The notes under the pieces were generated by a model. That model was not told the origin of the DNA. It searched no databases and saw nothing but the letters and a program-made list of their open reading frames with translations. Position numbers and translations under genes: made by a program. Shown here piece by piece: positions 61,229 to 64,000 of a stretch of 64,000 nt of DNA; position 1 is the first letter of the stretch, and each line of letters opens with the position of its first letter. The DNA comes from a virus, in the IMG/VR virus record IMGVR_UViG_3300009159_000035; one strand, written 5' to 3'.

Positions 61229-62581
61229 ATGTATAAAGATTTAACAAAAAGCTCACTATTTGATAACGTAAAATTAGGATTTGAATTTGAATTCTTTTCT
61301 CCAATTTTGCGTGCGGAATTAGCTGAGAAATTAACAACCATTTTAGGTAAAAAAGTAATTAGCACCAATGAATATGGTTCGGATATTCCAGTAAGCTATG
61401 ATACTTTTAAAATTGAACCTGATTTTTCAGGTGGATTTAAAATGAATGAGCTAATTACTGGTGTAATGCCATATAATGAAGCTATTCATGTATTATATAA
61501 AGTTCTAAATTTCATTGACGAAAATGGATTTACTACTGAGAGAACTGGATTACACATAAACATGTCATTAAATGAATTTGATCTTGGGCTAAATGAGCGT
61601 CTGCAAAATCTAAATGTATTTAAGTATATTCTAGGCCTTAATGAAGAGAAAATATTTGGATTATGGCCATCTGCTAAATCAAGAATTCAAAAAATTTACA
61701 AAAATTCAGTTAGCAATATTTACCCTAAAACTAAATTCTTAGCTGAGACCTCAATTGACTATGCCAGACCAAATAGTCCACTTGATTTTTCATATCCTCA
61801 ATCAAAGTATTTTGGTTTAAATTTTGAAAAGTTAACTGAAGGCTATTTAGAAATTAGATATGCTGGTGGAATTGACTATCAACTAAAGCGAGCAAGTGCA
61901 ACTGAATTAATTAATTACATTGCAGAATCTCTATACAATACACTTCAAGTAAATCACACGTATTCAATTGATGAACAAAAGAAAGTTTATGAAGTGATGA
62001 AGCAGCAGAGAGAAAATACTTTAGCTATTAAAACATATGAAAATTTCAAAAAGAATTTTCCAGAAATAGAATTATTTATTGACTTAAGAGACGATCCACG
62101 AATTATTGAATCAAATTATCTAAATCTTCGTGAAAAACTATTTGACTTAATTACGTTTGGTAAAATCAAAAAAGGCCAAGTAAATTATGATACTCAAAAT
62201 AAACGAGTTCAATTAAAAGAGTCCAAATTAGAAGAAGGCTTTGGAATTAATGGAATTGATATTATAAATTGTAAAATTGAAGCTGAAATTTCTAACTGTA
62301 CGCTGTATGGTTGCAAAGTTAGATCATCACATATCACCGAATGTAGAATCCTAACCAGCAATGATATTAGATATTGTCACTTAGAGGATTGTTTATTTGA
62401 GAGAGGTTGCTATAACCGAATTGACTTAAGTTATATTAGGAGTTCTCCAGAAGCAATTATTTATGCAGACCTAAACGAGTGTATTGTTAGATCAGGAATT
62501 ATTGCACTAGATTCAAAAGTTGATAATAAAACCGAAATTCTGTCAGGTAGTGCAAAAGGCAGTAAAAATCAAATAAAATAA
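61229..62581 (+). CDS. Putative amidoligase (COOH-NH2 ligase, Amidoligase_2-like) with C-terminal beta-solenoid repeats
   Basis: GFEFEF, IEPDFS, ELIT, TGLHINMS, KYFGLNF, YLEIRYAGG; C-terminal pentapeptide-like IxxCxI repeats. Confidence 0.78.
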   Translation: MYKDLTKSSLFDNVKLGFEFEFFSPILRAELAEKLTTILGKKVISTNEYGSDIPVSYDTFKIEPDFSGGFKMNELITGVMPYNEAIHVLYKVLNFIDENGFTTERTGLHINMSLNEFDLGLNERLQNLNVFKYILGLNEEKIFGLWPSAKSRIQKIYKNSVSNIYPKTKFLAETSIDYARPNSPLDFSYPQSKYFGLNFEKLTEGYLEIRYAGGIDYQLKRASATELINYIAESLYNTLQVNHTYSIDEQKKVYEVMKQQRENTLAIKTYENFKKNFPEIELFIDLRDDPRIIESNYLNLREKLFDLITFGKIKKGQVNYDTQNKRVQLKESKLEEGFGINGIDIINCKIEAEISNCTLYGCKVRSSHITECRILTSNDIRYCHLEDCLFERGCYNRIDLSYIRSSPEAIIYADLNECIVRSGIIALDSKVDNKTEILSGSAKGSKNQIK

Positions 62582-62598
62582 TGAATGGATCAGCGAGT

Positions 62599-62609
62599 TA
62601 ATAAATAAC
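62599..62609 (+). promoter_or_regulatory. Late promoter TAATAAATAAC
   Basis: About 20 nt upstream of the ATG at 62629. Confidence 0.7.
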
Positions 62610-62628
62610 TAAAATCCTTTAACCAACA

Positions 62629-64000
62629 ATGGCAGTACAACTAAAAATCTCAAGTATTAAATCAATCAATGGTTCAAGTTTAAATACCATCATTGATTTG
62701 TCTAATTTCAACTTTAGCACAATTAAATCAGCAATTGATGAATTTTTAACCTCAATTAATTATTCTCAAGTAGATGGTGAGATTGCAGTTGATATTCAAG
62801 GAATCTCAACCAATTCAATTATTATCAGAAATGGTTTAACTGTATATGGTACTCAACAGCAAAATGGTAGCTATCCTGAAGTAATAAACATGTATCCAAC
62901 TGGTGCAATCACTGCAAAGAATGTTGTAGTTGAAGATGTACTTGAAGGAAAACGACTTAGACTTAAAGTATACGGAGTACTTCCACCAACTGCTGTTCCT
63001 GGAGAAATTGTTTATATTACTGCACAGAATGAAAGAGTTGAAGGTTTTTATGGATATTTACAATCAACCGGTTGGTGTTTACTTAGCTGTGGCGGAACTG
63101 GTGGTGGTATTTGTACTGCCTCAGTTACTAGATCGGTTACCCCAAATACCATATCAGGAGATGGAGAATTACTATCACCTGGCTTATTACCAATACCTGC
63201 ACCAATTCCAACAACTACGTACTTATTATTTGTTAATGGTGCTCAAATAACTATTGGAGATGGCGATACTGGTGCAAGTGCATATTTTAGTAAAGACGGT
63301 GGAACTACTGCAACTATCTATGCTCAAGTTGATGTGACTGACGAATTATATTGGAATACAACGGTTTCTGGTTATGGACTAGACAGCGAAGATTTTGTTA
63401 CCTTAATGTATTCAACAATTGATGTAAATTGTGCTGGAGCAAACGGTACTATTTGTATAACGAATATTTTAACGGCTGGAAATACTGAATCAGTATTTCC
63501 ACAACTTGGAGTTGATGTTATTATGGAGGATCCGGCTGCCACTAATTGCCCAATTACTGTTTGTACTTTACCAATTCCAACAATTGAACCAGAGGGAATT
63601 GATTTGCCATATGGCTATTTTTTAACTAATTCAGTTTTGGCTTTTGATATTACTACTGGCTGTTCAGGTTGTGCAATTATAGGATTTGGATTACCTCAAA
63701 CAATGACTGAAACCGAATTTGATTCAATTCTAATTTTTCAAGAAATTAGTGGAGTTTATACAGATGTTACTATTTTAACTGGCCTATATGCACCAAATTA
63801 TTCTACTCGTACAATTTATGCAGAGATTTGCAATTTTGGAGCATTTTATTTGATACCAGTAGACACAGCAATACCAACTACAACTACCACAACTGCTGCG
63901 CCTACCACAACTACCACAACTGCTGCGCCTACCACAACTACCACAACTGCTGCGCCTACCACAACTACCACAACTGCTGCGCCTACCACAACTACCACAA
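62629..64000 (+). CDS. Virion surface/fibre protein with a Thr-rich repeat, 3'-truncated (absent from the ORF track)
   Basis: ATG at 62629 (MAVQLKISSIKSINGSSLNTIIDLSNFNF...); frame 1 is open to the window end; late promoter upstream. Confidence 0.85.
   Translation, partial: MAVQLKISSIKSINGSSLNTIIDLSNFNFSTIKSAIDEFLTSINYSQVDGEIAVDIQGISTNSIIIRNGLTVYGTQQQNGSYPEVINMYPTGAITAKNVVVEDVLEGKRLRLKVYGVLPPTAVPGEIVYITAQNERVEGFYGYLQSTGWCLLSCGGTGGGICTASVTRSVTPNTISGDGELLSPGLLPIPAPIPTTTYLLFVNGAQITIGDGDTGASAYFSKDGGTTATIYAQVDVTDELYWNTTVSGYGLDSEDFVTLMYSTIDVNCAGANGTICITNILTAGNTESVFPQLGVDVIMEDPAATNCPITVCTLPIPTIEPEGIDLPYGYFLTNSVLAFDITTGCSGCAIIGFGLPQTMTETEFDSILIFQEISGVYTDVTILTGLYAPNYSTRTIYAEICNFGAFYLIPVDTAIPTTTTTTAAPTTTTTTAAPTTTTTTAAPTTTTTTAAPTTTTT
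63874..64000 (+). repeat. 27-nt tandem repeat encoding PTTTTTTAA (at least 4.7 copies)
   Basis: cctaccacaactaccacaactgctgcg repeated without spacers to the window end; the first copy has 3 synonymous differences. Confidence 0.95.

Noticed and set aside
62930-63250. 106-aa ORF from the track
   Set aside because: Out-of-frame shadow of the long frame-1 ORF starting at 62629.
63874-64000. 27-nt direct repeats as a CRISPR array
   Set aside because: No spacers; the repeats are in-frame coding (PTTTTTTAA); no cas genes.

Overview
The whole window is core genome of a large, AT-rich (roughly 30% GC by eye) T4-superfamily myophage of jumbo/huge-phage type, read in the standard genetic code. The host is probably Bacteroidota (inference from the Hc1-like protein, NrdJ and PolB-exo2 types, and A-rich leaders with no Shine-Dalgarno). 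The + strand carries three late structural islands: protease/scaffold, major capsid, internal proteins and tail tube (1-6.8 kb); tail sheath (19-22 kb); and baseplate, fibre, neck and amidoligase genes (39.7-64 kb). The - strand carries replication, recombination, nucleotide and chaperone operons: dCMP deaminase, a TS-family enzyme, gp46/47, gp41, UvsX, the N-half of a split PolB, dUTPase, GroES, RNase H, gp32, Hc1, NrdJ, an S1-like protein, GroEL and an exonuclease. A RuvC-like gene and the gp55 late sigma lie on +. Two promoter classes can be read directly from the DNA: a late ATAAATA(A) box, and a bipartite AA(A/C)C(C/T)-N15-RTANAWK element found 8 times. Most notable: (1) an apparent capsid-cargo addressing system, in which about 7 unrelated proteins (including a nucleotidase and an HExxH protease) carry a T4-type capsid-targeting leader, and the scaffold itself is built from 11 tandem look-alikes of that leader; (2) the scaffold is probably nested in-frame in the protease gene with its own late promoter; (3) a dCMP-type (Asp-specificity) TS homolog is coupled to dCMP deaminase; (4) a histone-like set of Hc1, a Lys-rich repeat protein and a degenerate SET domain. 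No tRNA, CRISPR array, intron, intein or integrase was recognised. All family assignments come from motif recognition by eye; no database searches were run.
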